Shown here: one piece after another, positions 31,659-44,942 of the stretch
Layout: each line of letters starts with the position of its first letter
How positions within the stretch are numbered: position 1 is the first letter of the stretch
Assembly: GCA_963795855.1 (NCBI GenBank)
Contig: CAWCIZ010000001.1
Location: 224,001 to 288,000 of the forward strand
Length of the DNA: 64,000 nt
Direction of reading: 5' to 3'
DNA from: Vulcanimicrobiota bacterium
Lineage (GTDB): Bacteria > Vulcanimicrobiota > Vulcanimicrobiia > Vulcanimicrobiales > Vulcanimicrobiaceae
The notes under the pieces: generated by a model
Database searches by the model: none
What the model was told of the DNA's origin: nothing
Seen by the model: only the letters and a program-made list of their open reading frames with translations
Program-made: the position numbers and the translations under genes

Positions 31659-32129
31659 TTACGTACTTTCCGGGCCCATCCTCCGTCCAGACGCGCTCGT
31701 GGCCCAGCGCGCGCTGCTCTTCCGCGCCTAGATCGCCAAAAAGCAGCAGCAAGCAGTATCGCTGCAAGGCCCGTGAAGATGCATCGAAGCTCCGACCACG
31801 AGCTCATGGCCGATGCAGCGTCCAGCAGTAAGCGCCAGCGCAAGCAGCACGCGGCCACGGAGACTGTCCTCCTTCGATGAACAGACTGCCGAACGTCTTC
31901 GCCCGGCGACGATTCCGTCTTCGCTGCCGCGTCTTCGTCCGATCGTCGCCGGCGAGATGCGCGCTGCGCTCGAAGATCATTGCATAGCCCGCCGCGAACC
32001 CGAGCGCGCACGCCATGAAGCCGAGCAAACATCGTTCCGGCGTATTCGTGCGAGGCAAACCAGTAGATGATCGCAGATCGCCGCCGCGAAAACAGCCGAG
32101 GACAAGAACAGCCCGACGAACGTTTTCAC
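31659..32129 (-). CDS. Probable cytochrome c oxidase subunit 4 (CtaF-like), heavily frameshifted
   Basis: GTG overlaps the subunit I stop; hydrophobic helices and an SPWP motif; position in the operon. Confidence 0.55.
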
Positions 32130-33737
32130 GGCTTCACATCGTTGTTTGGCAAACTCCGGATGCGTCATGTCCCAGACCGGGCGCTCCGAACGAATCGGCG
32201 GAAGCGCATGAAAATTGAATTCCGGCGGCGGGCACGACGTCGCCCATTCCAGCGAAAACGCTCCGCCCCACGGATCGTCTGCGCAGCGGCTCCGCGCACT
32301 TTCGATTCGATTTTCGAAATCACGACGTTCAGCAGGAACGCGATCACGGAGAGCGCCATGATCCCCGCGCCGACCGACGAGAGCGGCGTTGAGCCACGGC
32401 AGATCGCCCATCGCGGGATAGGTGAAGACGCGGCGCGGCATGCCTTCGATGCCCATGAAGAACCACGGAATGAACGTCACGTTGAAGCCGATGAAGATCA
32501 GCCAGAAGTTCGACTTTGCCGAGCGTCTCGTTCAGTTTGACGCCGAACATCTTCGGCAACCAAAAATACATCGCGGCGAACACGGCGAACAGCGCGCCGC
32601 CGCCGAGCGTGTAGTGGAAGTGCGAGACGAGAAAATACGAATCTTCGACGTGATAGTCGATCGGCGGCGACGCGACCATCACGCCGGTGATTCCGCCGAT
32701 GAGGAAATTGGAAAGAAATCCGATCGCGAAGAGCATCGGCGTCGTGAGACGCAGGTGCCCTTTCCACATCGTTCCGATCCAGTTCCAGTACTTCACGCCG
32801 GTCGGGATCGCGATGAGAAACGACATGCCGGAAAAGAAGCCGTTCGCGACGACCCCGGTCGTGAACATGTGGTGCGCCCACACGCCCATCGAAAGACCCG
32901 CGATCGCGAACGCCGAGAGCACCATGCCGACGTAACCGTAGAGCGGCTTCGGCGAGAAGACCGGCAACGATTTCGGAAATGACGCCAAAGTACGGCAAAA
33001 TCATCACGTAGACTTCCGGATGGCCGAAAAACCAGAAGAAATGCTGGTAGAGGACGACGTTGCCGCCGTACTGCGGATCGAAGAAATGCGCGCCGTAGTG
33101 CCGCTCGAGCAGCAGCTCGGCCATCGACGACGCTCAGCGACGGGAACGCCATGAGGATCAGCAGCGCGGTCGCAAGTATCTCCCACGTGAAGATGGGCAT
33201 GCGCCACATCGTCATGCCGGGCGCGCGATAGAGAAAGATCGTCGCCGTGAAGTTGATCGCGACCATGATCGTCGCGATGGCGTTGAGCATGATGCCGATG
33301 CACCACAGGTCCTGCCCGCCGCCGCTGCCGACGATCATGGTCGATAGCGGCGCGTACGCCGTCCAACCCGCCATCGCGCCGCCGCCTTGCGCGAAGACGC
33401 CGGCGAAAATGGTGAAGCCGCTGATCATGAACAGATACACGCCGAACGCGTTCAGGCGCGGATACGCCATGTCGGGCGCGCCGATTTGCAGCGGCACCAA
33501 ATAGTTGCCGAGACCGAAGGCGAACGGCGCGATGACCAAAAAGATCATCGCCGTTCCGTGGAGCGTGAAAATCTGGTTGTAGGCGTGCGCGCTGAAACGA
33601 TGTTTTGATCGGGCTGCGCGAGTTGCAGGCGGATGACCAGCGAGAGGATTCCCGCGATGATGAAAAACAGAAACGCTCGTCATCATGTACATGATGCCGA
33701 TCGACTTATGATTGGTCGACGTGAGCCAATGCGTCAT
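32126..33737 (-). CDS. ctaD: Cytochrome c oxidase subunit I (A1 type; frameshifted)
   Basis: [35 protein letters not shown] and SHFHY motifs. Confidence 0.95.
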
Positions 33738-33760
33738 AGGGATGCGCGCCCTCCGCGCGG

Positions 33761-34410
33761 CTAGCCAGCGATCGAAATCGCCGCCGGAACGACTTCGACG
33801 GTGAACGTCATCAGCGCGTGATCCAGGCCGCAATATTCCGCGCACACGCCGTGAAAGAGTCCCGTCTGCGTCGGCGTCACGTCGAAGTGATTGGTGATTC
33901 CGGGATTCGCGTCGCGTTTGAAGAGAAAACTCGGGATCCAGAACGAGTGCACGACGTCGTTCGAGTAGAGATTAATTTGCGTCATCTTCCCGAGCGGCAG
34001 CACCAACGTCGGCGGCTCGTGCACGTTGCCGTTCGACCGTCGATGTGGCCGGCGTAGCGGAACTGCCAGGACCAGCGATAGCCCGTCACGTCGACCGTCG
34101 CATACGGGTTCGGTTTGAGGAAATCCACGACGCCTTCGCGGACGTAGGTGATATAGAAAAGCCCGATCACGATGATGAACGGAATGACGACGCCCGTGAT
34201 CTCGATCGGCGGATTTTTCATGAACTGCGGCGGAAGCCCGGTGTCCGTTGGCCGAGCGCGCCAGCTCAACACCGAATAGACGATCAGCCCGTACACGAAA
34301 ACCGCGACGAACAACGCCGCGCCGCCAAAGATATACCAGACGCCTGCGAGGTCCTGCGCCTGTACCGACGCGGGATGCATGATGGGCATGTCGCGAGCTA
34401 CCTTACCCAC
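33761..34410 (-). CDS. ctaC: Cytochrome c oxidase subunit II (frameshifted)
   Basis: GYRWSWQFRY; CuA ligands in DVVHSFW ... CAEYCGLDHALM. Confidence 0.93.
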
Positions 34411-34453
34411 GCAGGTCCGATAAAAAACTAAGTCATCGGGTACAAAAATTCTC

Positions 34454-35024
34454 GTGACTCGACATCAGCCGCCGATGCCCATTCGCGCGCATCCGGTCGT
34501 GCTCGGAACGATTATCTTCATCGCATCGGAAACGATGTTTTTCTCGGCGCTCTTTGCCACGTACTACGACCTGAAGAGCACCAGCGCGGTCTGGCCGCCG
34601 CCCTACGTCCATCTCGACGAGTTGAGCCCCGCCTTCGGAACGTTTTTTCTCGCTCGCCAGCAGTCTGATGATGTTTCCGATGATGCGCGCGCTGCGGCGC
34701 CGGAACATGAAGGCGGCATACGGCTGGTTGTATGGTGGGATTATCGGCGGGATCGGCTACATCGGGTCGGCGCTGCACGGATACTCCCGCCAGGGCTTCA
34801 ATATGCACACCAGCGCGTACGCCTCGATCTATCTCACGATGACGGGCTTTCATTTACTGCACGTCGTCGCCGGCGTCATCATGCTGCTCGGGCTGTACTA
34901 CGGCCTCCAGTCGCCCGCGCTGCGCGTCGACAAGCACGGCGCCGCCGAGGCGATAACGTACTACTGGCATTTCGTGACGTTCATGTGGTTCGGAATTTAC
35001 ACGACGGTGTACTGGATTCGATGA
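34454..35024 (+). CDS. ctaE: Cytochrome c oxidase subunit III (frameshifted)
   Basis: FIASETMFF, TGFHLLHV and YYWHFV motifs. Confidence 0.92.
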
Positions 35025-35837
35025 AATTTCCGTTCGCGATCGGGCCATTGCCGCGTCACTGCGCTTTCGATTTCGGGCAGCGTCGCGTTCATGATCGCCT
35101 TCGCGAAACAAATGAGCACGCAAGTGGAAGGCGGCGCGCTCGCGTGCGCGTTCGCGGGCTTCATGCTCGCTGCGCTGGGCTGGTCGCGCTGGGTGATTCC
35201 GCACGAACAGGTCGTCGATCTGCGCGACACGTATCCGCAGCCGCTCGAGGAACGCGCGGGCATGGTCGACTGGTGGGAGCACGGCTCGGCGGAAGTGACG
35301 CGACGCAAGTGGCTCACGCGTATGCTCTACACGGCGCTCGGCGTTTTCGGCATCGCCGCGCTCTTCCCGGTAGGTTCGCTCGGTCCGGAACCGGACGACG
35401 CGCTCTTTCATACGCGCTGGAAACGCGGCGTGCGTCTGCAGCGCTCGGACGGCGCGCTCGTGCGCGGCGGCGATCTGAACGATGAAGCGGTGGTTACGGT
35501 TTTTCCGGAAGGAAGCATCGGTGATTCGCAGTCTATGACGGTGCTCATCAAGCTTCCGGACGGTTTGGTGCAGAACGCGCCGCAAGGGTACATCGCGTAT
35601 TCGAAGATGTGCACGCACGCCGGCTGCCCGGTGGCGCTGTACCGTTCGGCGGATCATCGCCTGGTCTGCCCCTGCCATCAGTCGGCGTTCGACGTGACGA
35701 ACGACGCAAGCGTGGTGTCGGGCCCTGCGGATCATGCGCTGCCGCGCTTGCCGATCGAGATCGCGTCCGACGGCTACCTGCGCGCACTGGGAGATTTCCC
35801 GTCCCCGGTCGGGCCGGGGTTCTGGGAGCATTCGTGA
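35021..35837 (+). CDS. qcrA: Rieske iron-sulfur subunit, actinobacterial type
   Basis: CTHAGCP ... CPCHQSAF; N-terminal TM helices and internal TRRKW. Confidence 0.92.
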
Positions 35838-37198
35838 TCGCGCGGCTGATGCTGTGGGCCGACGACCGGTTCGGAACCGGCGCGTTTTTGCATCACGCGC
35901 TCAAGAAAGCGTTTCCGGACCATTGGTCGTTCATGCTCGGCGAGATCAACATGTACGCGTTTCTGATCTTGCTTGCGACCGGAACGTTTCTGGCCCTGTG
36001 GTTCGTCCCCGCGCACACTGAAGTCGCCTACGCCGGTCCGTACGAGCTGCTTCGCGGCGAACGAATGAGTCAGGCGTACGATTCCGTGCTGCACATCTGC
36101 TTCATGGTGAACGCCGGCTTACTGATACGGCAGATCCATCACTGGGCCGCCGATATTTTCATTGCGGGCATCGTCGTGCACATGGGACGCATTTTCTTCA
36201 CGGGCGCGTTCCGCAATCCGCGCGAACTGAACTGGGTCATCGGCGTGCTGCTGCTCTTCGCCGGTATGTTCGAAGGTTTTACCGGCTATTCGATGCCCGA
36301 CGATTTGCTCAGCGGCATGGGGCTCCGAATTGCGGTTTCCATCTTACAGTCGGTCCCATTGATCGGTACGTGGGCGACGTTCTTCCTCATCGGCGGCGTT
36401 TGGCCGACGCAAATTCTCATTCCACGCCTGTTCATCACGCACGTGTTCATCATGCCCGCCCTCATCACGCTCGGCATCACGGTGCATCTGATGATCCTCT
36501 GGCGGCAGAAGCATACGCAGTTTCCCGGGCCGCGACGCACCGAAGAAAACGTCGTCGGCGCACCGCTCTTTCCGCTCTACACGTTCAAGTCGCTCGCGCT
36601 GCAGTTCGGCGTGATCGCCGTATGCGTGATGCTCGGCGCGTTCGTGCAAATCAATCCGGTTTGGCTGTGGGGCCCGTATCAGACGTGGAAGGCGATTTCC
36701 CCCGCGCAGCCGGACTGGTACATCGGCTGGCTCGAGGGCGCGCTGCGCATCGGCCCGCGGTGGGCGATTCATTTTCCGGGTCACATGATTCCCTCGCCGT
36801 TCTGGCCGGGCTTTCTGCTGCCGCTGGTCATCATGTTCGGGCTGCTGACCTATCCGTGGGTGGAGCGGCTGCTGACCGGCGACGCGCGCGCGCATCATCT
36901 GCTGAACCGCCCGCGCGAGATGCCGGTGCGCACGGGGGCCGGCGTCGCGTTTTTCGTTTTCATGGTGGGATTGTTCTTGGCGGGCAGCGACGACGTGCAG
37001 GCCGCTTACACGCACTTGCCGCTGAACGATCTCGTCTGGTTTTACCGGTTCTTTTGCTTGCTCGGTCCCGCGTGCGCGTTTTGGATCACGTATATGATCG
37101 CGGCGGATCTGCGCAAGAAGGGCGGCACGCATCGCGCGGAACGCGTGCGCATCCGGCGTAAACCCGAGGGCGGTTACGACGAGGAGCCGGTGGCGTGA
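35834..37198 (+). CDS. qcrB: Cytochrome b subunit, actinobacterial type
   Basis: FPDHWSFMLGE, RQIHHWAA, FRNPRELNW and QPDWY motifs. Confidence 0.95.
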   Translation: MIARLMLWADDRFGTGAFLHHALKKAFPDHWSFMLGEINMYAFLILLATGTFLALWFVPAHTEVAYAGPYELLRGERMSQAYDSVLHICFMVNAGLLIRQIHHWAADIFIAGIVVHMGRIFFTGAFRNPRELNWVIGVLLLFAGMFEGFTGYSMPDDLLSGMGLRIAVSILQSVPLIGTWATFFLIGGVWPTQILIPRLFITHVFIMPALITLGITVHLMILWRQKHTQFPGPRRTEENVVGAPLFPLYTFKSLALQFGVIAVCVMLGAFVQINPVWLWGPYQTWKAISPAQPDWYIGWLEGALRIGPRWAIHFPGHMIPSPFWPGFLLPLVIMFGLLTYPWVERLLTGDARAHHLLNRPREMPVRTGAGVAFFVFMVGLFLAGSDDVQAAYTHLPLNDLVWFYRFFCLLGPACAFWITYMIAADLRKKGGTHRAERVRIRRKPEGGYDEEPVA

Positions 37199-38001
37199 TT
37201 GCGGCGCTTTTGGCAGCGGCGTGCATTGCGGCGTATCTCTACGCCGTCGGGCTGTATAACTCGCGTTTTCCCGATCGCGCGTATTCGGCATGGCGTATCG
37301 CGGCGTTCACATGCGGCGTCGCGCTGATGACTGCTATGCTTCTGCCGCCGATCGAACCGCTCGCCGATCGATTTTTCGCTTGGCACATGACGCAGCACGT
37401 CGTGCTGATGCTCATCGGTCCGCCGCTGCATTTTGCTCGGCGCACCGCTGCTGCTTCTGGTTGCGGTCCCGCCGCCGACGAATCGCGCGGCGCTTCACCG
37501 CGTTCGCGCAAGGCGGCGTGGGCACGCGCGTGTTCGCGCCGTTGACCGGATGGGTCGCGTTCGTCGGCGTGCTGTGGATGTCGCATTTCTCGCCGCTCTA
37601 CGAGGCGGCGCTTGGTCATCCGGCGGTACACGTCCTCGAGCATCGGCGCGTACGTCGTGGCGGCGCATGCTGTTTTGGGCATCGGTCGTGCAAGTCGGCT
37701 ACACGCCCCGTCCGGTGGCATATCCGGCGCGCATGCTGTATTTGTTTCTCGCGATTCCGCAGGGCGCGTTTTTAGGTTTAGCGCTCTACGCGGCGCGTTC
37801 GGTGCTGTATCCGCATTATCTGCACGGCCGAACGGAATTGCCGTCGCACTCGCCGATCAGCAAAACGGCGGCGCCGTGATGTGGATCGCCGGCGGCTTGC
37901 TGATCTTCATCGCGTTCATGTGCACCGCTGCCGCGTGGGCCGCTGCCGAATGGACCGCGCCTTCGGCGAGTTCGGGTGAACGCGCGCATGATTGCGACTG
38001 A
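37195..38001 (+). CDS. ctaG: Cytochrome c oxidase assembly protein (Caa3_CtaG family; frameshifted)
   Basis: HMTQHVVLM...PP, HVLEH and DQQNGGAVMW motifs. Confidence 0.85.
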
Positions 38002-38778
38002 TTGCGGCGATTCTGCTCATGCAGACGTCGAACGTTCCGTCGAGCGGAAACGTGCTGGCCACGCCGCAACCGCAGCAGTCGTTGGACCCGATGTACGTCG
38101 CTGCATCGCTAACGCCGCGCGATTTGCGCGAAGGAGAACGGCTGTTCAATACGCATTGCACGTCTTGTCACGGAATGCACTTGCAGGGAACCGCTCAAGG
38201 CCCTCCGCTGATGGGCATCGACATGCAAAACGTCGATTTCGAAGTTCGCACCGGCCGCATGCCCGCGCCAGTTCCGTTCGAACAAGAAACGCACAAGATT
38301 CCGTATTTCCCGCCGCAGCAAGTCCGCGACATCGTCTCGTACGTCATGTCGAAATCCGCCGGCAACAAAGTGCTGCCGACGGTGACGCTGCGAAGCGATG
38401 CGAGCAATTGCAGCAGCGGCCGTCGAGGTATACGAGGCCAATTGCGAGCAGTGTCACGACGGCGACGGGGCACGGCGATGGCGTGGGTTACGCCAACGTC
38501 GCGCCGTCGCTGATGGATGCGACGCCGCAAGATCTCGCGGATGCGGTGCGCTACGGCCCCGACGTCATGCCGAAGTTCGGCCCGAGCGTGATCGACCAGG
38601 CGCATCTGGACGACCTCGCGTCGTACGTCTGGTATCTCCAGCACGCGAAATACAATCCCGGCGGCATGCAGCTCGCCAATTGGGGGCCGGTGTCCGAAGG
38701 CTTCATGGCTTGGACCTTCGGGATGGGACTTCTCGTGCTGCTCGCGCCGCATCGGAAGCGGCGAATAGCGCCGTAATT
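37976..38778 (+). CDS. qcrC: Di-heme cytochrome c subunit (frameshifted)
   Basis: CTSCH and CEQCH heme motifs; TGRMP, GPVSEG and a C-terminal TM helix. Confidence 0.88.
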
Positions 38779-38852
38779 GACTCCGGTCAATCGTCTGCGC
38801 GGAGGGCGCCCGGGTAGATCATCTGTGTGACTAATTACACACAGAGGCAGAG

Positions 38853-40638
38853 ATGAGCATGACGGCAAGCAGCTTCTTGCTGCAACGGTTAATGGAATGG
38901 GGCGTTACGCGGATTTACGGCTATCCCGGAGACGGAATCAACGGCTTGCTCGCTGCGCTCGAGAAATTCTCCGACAAGCTCGAATTCATCCAGGTGCGGC
39001 ACGAGGAAATGGCGGCGTTCATGGCGTGCGCGCACGCGAAATTCACGGGCGAGGTCGGCGTGTGCATGGGGACCTCCGGGCCCGGAGCGATTCACCTGCT
39101 CAACGGCTTGTACGACGCCAAGATGGATCACGTGCCGGTCGTCGCGATCGTCGGTCAAGCGGCGACGATGGCGCTCGGCGGATCGTATCAGCAGGAAGTC
39201 GATCTGCAAACGCTATTCAAGGACGTCAGCGAATACAACGCGACGATAGCCAGCCCGACGGCGACGCGCCATATCGTCGACCGCGCGTTTCGCGTCGCGA
39301 TGGGGCTTGAACGGCGTCGCGACCGTGATTTTTCCGAAAGACTGCAGGAAGAAGACTACGCCGAACCGCCGCGCAAGCACAACACCCTGCACAGCGGCGT
39401 CGGCTACTCCGCGCCGATGGTGATCCCGCGCTTGCGCGATTTGCAGCGCGCCGCCGAAGTGCTCAACAATGCGACGAAGGTCGCGATGCTCGTCGGCGCC
39501 GGCGCGAAGAATGCGAGCGACGAAGTCATCGCGATCGCGGATAAATTGCAGGCGTGCTGCGCGAAGGCGCTGCTGGGCAAGGACGTGCTGCCGGACGATC
39601 TTCCATGGGTGACGGGGACGATCGGTTTGCTCGGCACGCGCCCGAGCAGCGACATCATGAACGAGTGCGACGCGCTGCTGATGGTCGGCACGAACTTTCC
39701 CTACTGCGGAATTTCTGCCGAAAGACGGTTCGGTGCCGGCCGTGCAGATCGACATCGATCCGCGTTACATCGGTTTGCGTTATCCGACGAACGTGAATCT
39801 CATCGGCGACGCCGCGGACACGCTTGCAGGCGCTGCTGCCGCATCTGCATCAGAAAGACGACTCCTCGTGGCGCGAGAGCATCCGCAAGAACAAAGAAGA
39901 GTGGTACGCCATCGAAGACGACCGCGCGCAGCAGAGCGCCGACCCGCTCAATCCGCAACTGCTCTTCTGCGCGCTCAACAAGGTGCTGCCGTCGAACGCG
40001 ATCGTCACCGGCGATGCGGGCACGCCGACGAACTGGATGGCGCGTCATCTCATGGTGCGCCGCGGCATGAAGATGTCGCTCTCCGGCAACCTGGCGACGA
40101 TGGGATCGCGCCGTTCCCTACGCGATCGCCGCGAAATTCGCGTTTCCCGGATCGCTGCGTCATCTCGCTTCCGGGCGACGGCGCGATGCAGATGAACGGC
40201 ATCAACGAGCTGATCACCGTTCACAAATACTGGAAGAACTGGAGCGATCCGCGGCTCATCTTCTTCGTGCTCAACAATCAGGATCTCAACCAAGTGACGT
40301 GGGAGGAGCGCATCCTCTCCGGCTCGCCGCGCAACATGCAGACGCAGCCGCTGCCCGATTTCCCGTACGCGCGGTTCGGTGAATCGCTGGGCTTCAAAGG
40401 CATTCGCGTGAAGTCGCCCGATGAAGTGGAAAGCGCGTGGGAAGAGGCGCTCAATGCCGATCGGCCGGTGGTCTTCGAAGCAATCGTCGACGGCAACGTC
40501 GCGACGCTTGCCGCCGCACATCTCGCGCGAGCAAGCGCATCCACTTCCTGAAGATCGATTCGAAAAGGCGATCCGGACGAAGGCGGCATGATCAAGCAGT
40601 CCATCAAGCAGATGATCGCGGGCGTGATTCCCAAGTAA
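38853..40638 (+). CDS. ThDP-requiring pyruvate oxidase/PoxB-like protein (frameshifted)
   Basis: GYPGDGING, RHEEMAAF, TSGPGAIH and GDGAMQM...NN motifs. Confidence 0.9.
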
Positions 40639-41771
40639 TGCACGGACAGCACGCGAACGACGCGCGTCGAATGCGAGCATCGAGTCGCTCGAAGCGAGCG
40701 CCTACAAAGTGCCGACGGAGGAGCCCGAAGAATCGGACGGCACGCTCGAAGTGGAGTTCGACGACGCATGGTGCTCGTCGAACTCCGCGGCGGCGGCCAA
40801 ACGGGCATCGGCTACACGTATGCAGACGCGTCGGCATGCGCGACGCTCGATCAACGGCATGCTCAAGGAGGTGCTGCTGCAGCAGGACGCACTCCAAACG
40901 CCCGCGCGCTACGCCGACATGATCGCGAAGATTCGCAACAACGGGCGTGAGGGCATCACGGCGATGGCGGTCTCGGCGGTCGACATAGCGCTTTGGGACT
41001 TCAAGGGAAAGCTGCTCGGCAAGCACCGTCAGTGCGCTTGTGGGGAGCGGCGCGAAAGCGGTCCGGTGTACGGCAGCGGCGGATTCACCTCGTATTCGGC
41101 GAGCGCACGTTTGACCGAGCAACTCGGGGGCTGGGTGCACGACATGCGCATTCCGCGCGTGAAGATGAAGGTCGGGCGCGACCCGCACGCGGATCCGAAG
41201 CGCGTTGCCTGCCGCGCGTAAAGCGATCGGCTTCGGCGGCGGAACTCTTCGTCGATGCAAACGGCGCGATACACGAAAAAGCAAGCGCTCGAAATGGCGC
41301 ACCGCTTCGCCGAACAGAGCGTCTGCTGGTATCGAGGAACCCGTCTACCACAACGATTTGGAAGGGAACCGCTTCGTGCGCGACGCATGCGCCGGCCGTC
41401 ATGGAGATAAGCAACGGCGAATACGGCTACGCGCCGTATCACGATTCGAGCAGATCATCGCCGCTGGCGCCGCGGACGTGCTGCAGGCCGACGTAACGCG
41501 CTGCGGCGGCTACAGCGGCTTTCTCGCCGTCGACGCGCTCTGCGAGGCGCACGATCTGCCGCTTTCGAGCCACTGCGCGCCGTACGTGACGGTGCCTGTA
41601 GCGGCTGCCGCGAAAATGCTGCGGCACATCGAATACTTTCACGATCACGTGCGCATCGAGAACGCTGTTCTTCGACGGAACGCCGGACCCGAAGGACGGA
41701 GCCTGCGTCCCGAGCTCGAGCGGCCCGGCATCGGTTTGGAATTCAAGACGAGCGGACGCGGAGAGATATGA
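40638..41771 (+). CDS. Mandelate racemase/muconate lactonizing enzyme family protein (frameshifted)
   Basis: PEESDGT, VDIALWD, VKMKVG, VDANG, EEP and GEYGY motifs. Confidence 0.88.
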
Positions 41772-44700
41772 GTTTGATAAACGAATCATCGGAACAGTCG
41801 ATCAACGAATACGTCCGGCGCGACGCCGACGCGCAAGCGGCCGAAACCGACGCAGCGGACCGATGCGACGAACGCAAAGGATCTGCAGCTCGATCATACA
41901 GCGGCCTCGAGCGCGACCTTCGCGAACTCGTGCGCGGCGAAGTGCACTTCGAGGACGGCTATCGCGCGATGTACTCGACCGATGCGGCCAACTACCGGCA
42001 GATACCCAATCGCGGTCGTGCTGCCGAAAGACGCGGACGACGCGCAAAAGGCGATGACGGTTTGCCACAAGTACGGCGCGCCCGTCACACCGCGCGGCGG
42101 TGGAACGAGTTTGACCGGCGCGAGTTGCAACGCGGCGGTCATCTTCGACTACAGCAAGTACATGAACCGCATCATCGAGACTCGATCCGCAAAACAAGAT
42201 CGCGGTCGTCGAGCCGGGCGTCGTGCTCGACGACGTTCGGCACGCGGCGGAAAAGTACCAGCTCACGGTCGGGCCCGCGCCTTCGACGCACAACCGCTGC
42301 AACATCGGCGGGATGTTCGGAAACAACTCGTGCGGCATGCCCGCGCAATTTTCCGGACGATTGGAAGAGAACGTCTTCGACGCCGAGGTGCTGCTGCACG
42401 ACGGCACGCGCATGCGCGTCGGTGCGACCAGCCCGCCGAACTCGAAGAGATCATCCGAGCAAGGCGGGCGCAAGGGCGAGATCTACGCGAAACTCAAAGC
42501 GATCCGCGACAAGTACGCAAGGGCTCGTTCGCGAGCGGTTCCCCGACATTCCGCGACGCGTTTCCGGTTACAATCTGCAACCAGCTCGGCGCGCCGAAAA
42601 CGGCTTCAACGTCGCGCGCGCGCTCATCGGCAGCGAAGGCACGATCGTGCACGTGCTCGAGGTCACCCTTCGCCTCGTGCCCAAGCCGAAATACGACGCG
42701 ATGGCGATCGTCGGATTCGACGACATCGCGCCGGCCGGCGATCACGTCGCGTTCTGCAACACGCACATGCCGCACGCGCTCGAAGGCATGGACGAGACGC
42801 TGTTTCAGAACATGCACGAGAAGGGCAAGAACCCGCACCAGCAAGAGGATCTGTTCCCGAACGGGCACGCCTGGCTCATCTGCACGTTCGGCGGCGAAAC
42901 AAAAGACGAAGCGGAGCGCAAAGCGCAAGCGCTCATCGACGACATTCGCACGCATAGCACCAAAGTCAAGGGCGCCGAAGCCACCGCGGATCCGCAGCAT
43001 TCGATCGAAGAGATCGTCAAAATTCGCGAAGCCGGCTTGGGCGTCAACTTCAAAGATTCCGAATCAGCCGGAATTCTATCCGGGATGGGAAGATTCGGCG
43101 GTCGCTCCGGAATATCTCGGCAACGTACCTGCGCGAATTCCAGCAAAAGATGAAGCAGTACGGACTACTTCGCGTCGATCTACGGGCATTTCGGTCAAGG
43201 CTGCGTGCATTGCCGGATCAACTTCGATCTCTTCACCACCGAAGGCATCGAGAAGTACCGCAAATTCGTGCACGAGATGGCATGGATCTGCGTAAAATAC
43301 AAGGGTTCGGTCTCGGGAGAACACGGCGACGGTCAGATACGCGCGGAACTGCTGCCGATCATGTTCGGCGACCAGTTGATGCATGCGTTCTGGGAGTTCA
43401 AGACCGCATTCGATCCCGAGAACAAGATGAATCCCGGAAAGGTCGTGCGGCCCTATCGCATCGACGAAAACCTGCGCTGGGGCGTGAACTACCAGCCGTG
43501 GGATCCGCAAATCAAATTCACGCTGAAAGAAGATCATCACAGCTTCGCTTATGCGGCGAACCGCTGCGTCGGCGCGGGCGTGTGCCGAAAGCACGACAAA
43601 GGGACGATGTGCCCCAGCTACATGGCATCCAAAGAGGAGCGCTATTCCACCCGCGGGCGCGCGCGTCTGCTGTTCGAAATGCTTCAGGGCAATCCGATGA
43701 AGCACGGCTGGAAGAGCGAAGCGGTCAAGGAATCACTGGACTATTGTCTGGCATGCAAAGGCTGCAAGCACGAGTGCCCGGTGAACGTCGACATGGCGAC
43801 GTACAAAGCCGAGTTTTTGTACCATTATTTTCAAGGCAAACTTCGCCCCATCCAGATGTGCCTGTTCGGCTACATGTTCAAGTGGGCGAAACTCGCCGCA
43901 CTCATGCCCGGCGTAGCCAACTTTTTTACGCAGGCGCCGCCGTTCAGCACGTTTTTCAAGCGGATCGCCAACGTCGCTCCCGAGCGGCACATTCCGATGT
44001 TCGCCGAGTATACGTTCCGCGACTGGTTCCGCAAGCGCACGCCGCGCAACGAAGGAAAAGAGCGCGTGCTGTTGTGGACCGATACGTGGAACAATCATTT
44101 CCACCCGCAGACTGCGCAGGCAGCGGTCGAAGTGCTCGAAGACGCGGGATATCACGTCCTCATTCCACCGCAGTCAAATTTGCTGCGGACGGCCGCTGTA
44201 CGACTACGGATTGCTGGATTCCGCGGAAAAGCAACTGCACGGCATCCTCGCGGATCTGCGTCCGCTGATTCGCGAAGGCGTTCCGCTGGTCGGCCTGGAG
44301 CCCTCGTGTCTTTCCGTGTTCAAAGACGAGATGCAGAATATGCTCGGCGACGACATGGACGCGAACCGGTTGGCGCAGCAGTCGTTCACGCTGGAAACGT
44401 TCTTGAACAAAAAGGCGGAGAAAGACGAGGGCTACAAGCCGCCTAAACTCGAGCGGCGCGCGATCGTTCACGAGCACTGCCACAAGAAGTCGGTGCTCGA
44501 TCCGACCTCGGAAAAACACGTGTTCGGCCAAATGCACATGGATTTCGATCAACTGGAGAGCGGATGCTGCGGTATGGCCGGCGCCTTCGGCTTCGAGAAG
44601 AGCCACTACGAGATGTCTATCGCATGCGGCGAGCGCGTTCTGCTGCCCAAGGTACGCGATGCGAACCCGCAGACGATCGTGGTCGCCGACGGCTTCAGTT

Positions 44701-44942
44701 GCCGCGAGCAGATCATGCAGACCACCAAGCGGCAGGCGCTTCATCCCGCCGAAGTGATGAAACTCGCGATGGACGACCGCGGATATTCGCGCGACGACGC
44801 GTATCCGGAACTTCGCTTCATGCCCGATCAGAATCGCAAGCGTGCGCGCGTCATCGCGCAGGGATACGCCGTGATTGGGGTGTTGGCCGCCGCGTCGGTT
44901 GCAGTTGCCGCAGTCGCGCTGCTCGGGAGGAAAGGAAGATGA
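41768..44942 (+). CDS. FAD-binding and Fe-S oxidoreductase (YdiJ/D-2-hydroxyacid dehydrogenase-like; frameshifted)
   Basis: RGGGTSL, GSEGT, SGEHGDG, CVGAGVC, CLACKGC and CCGMAG motifs. Confidence 0.9.
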
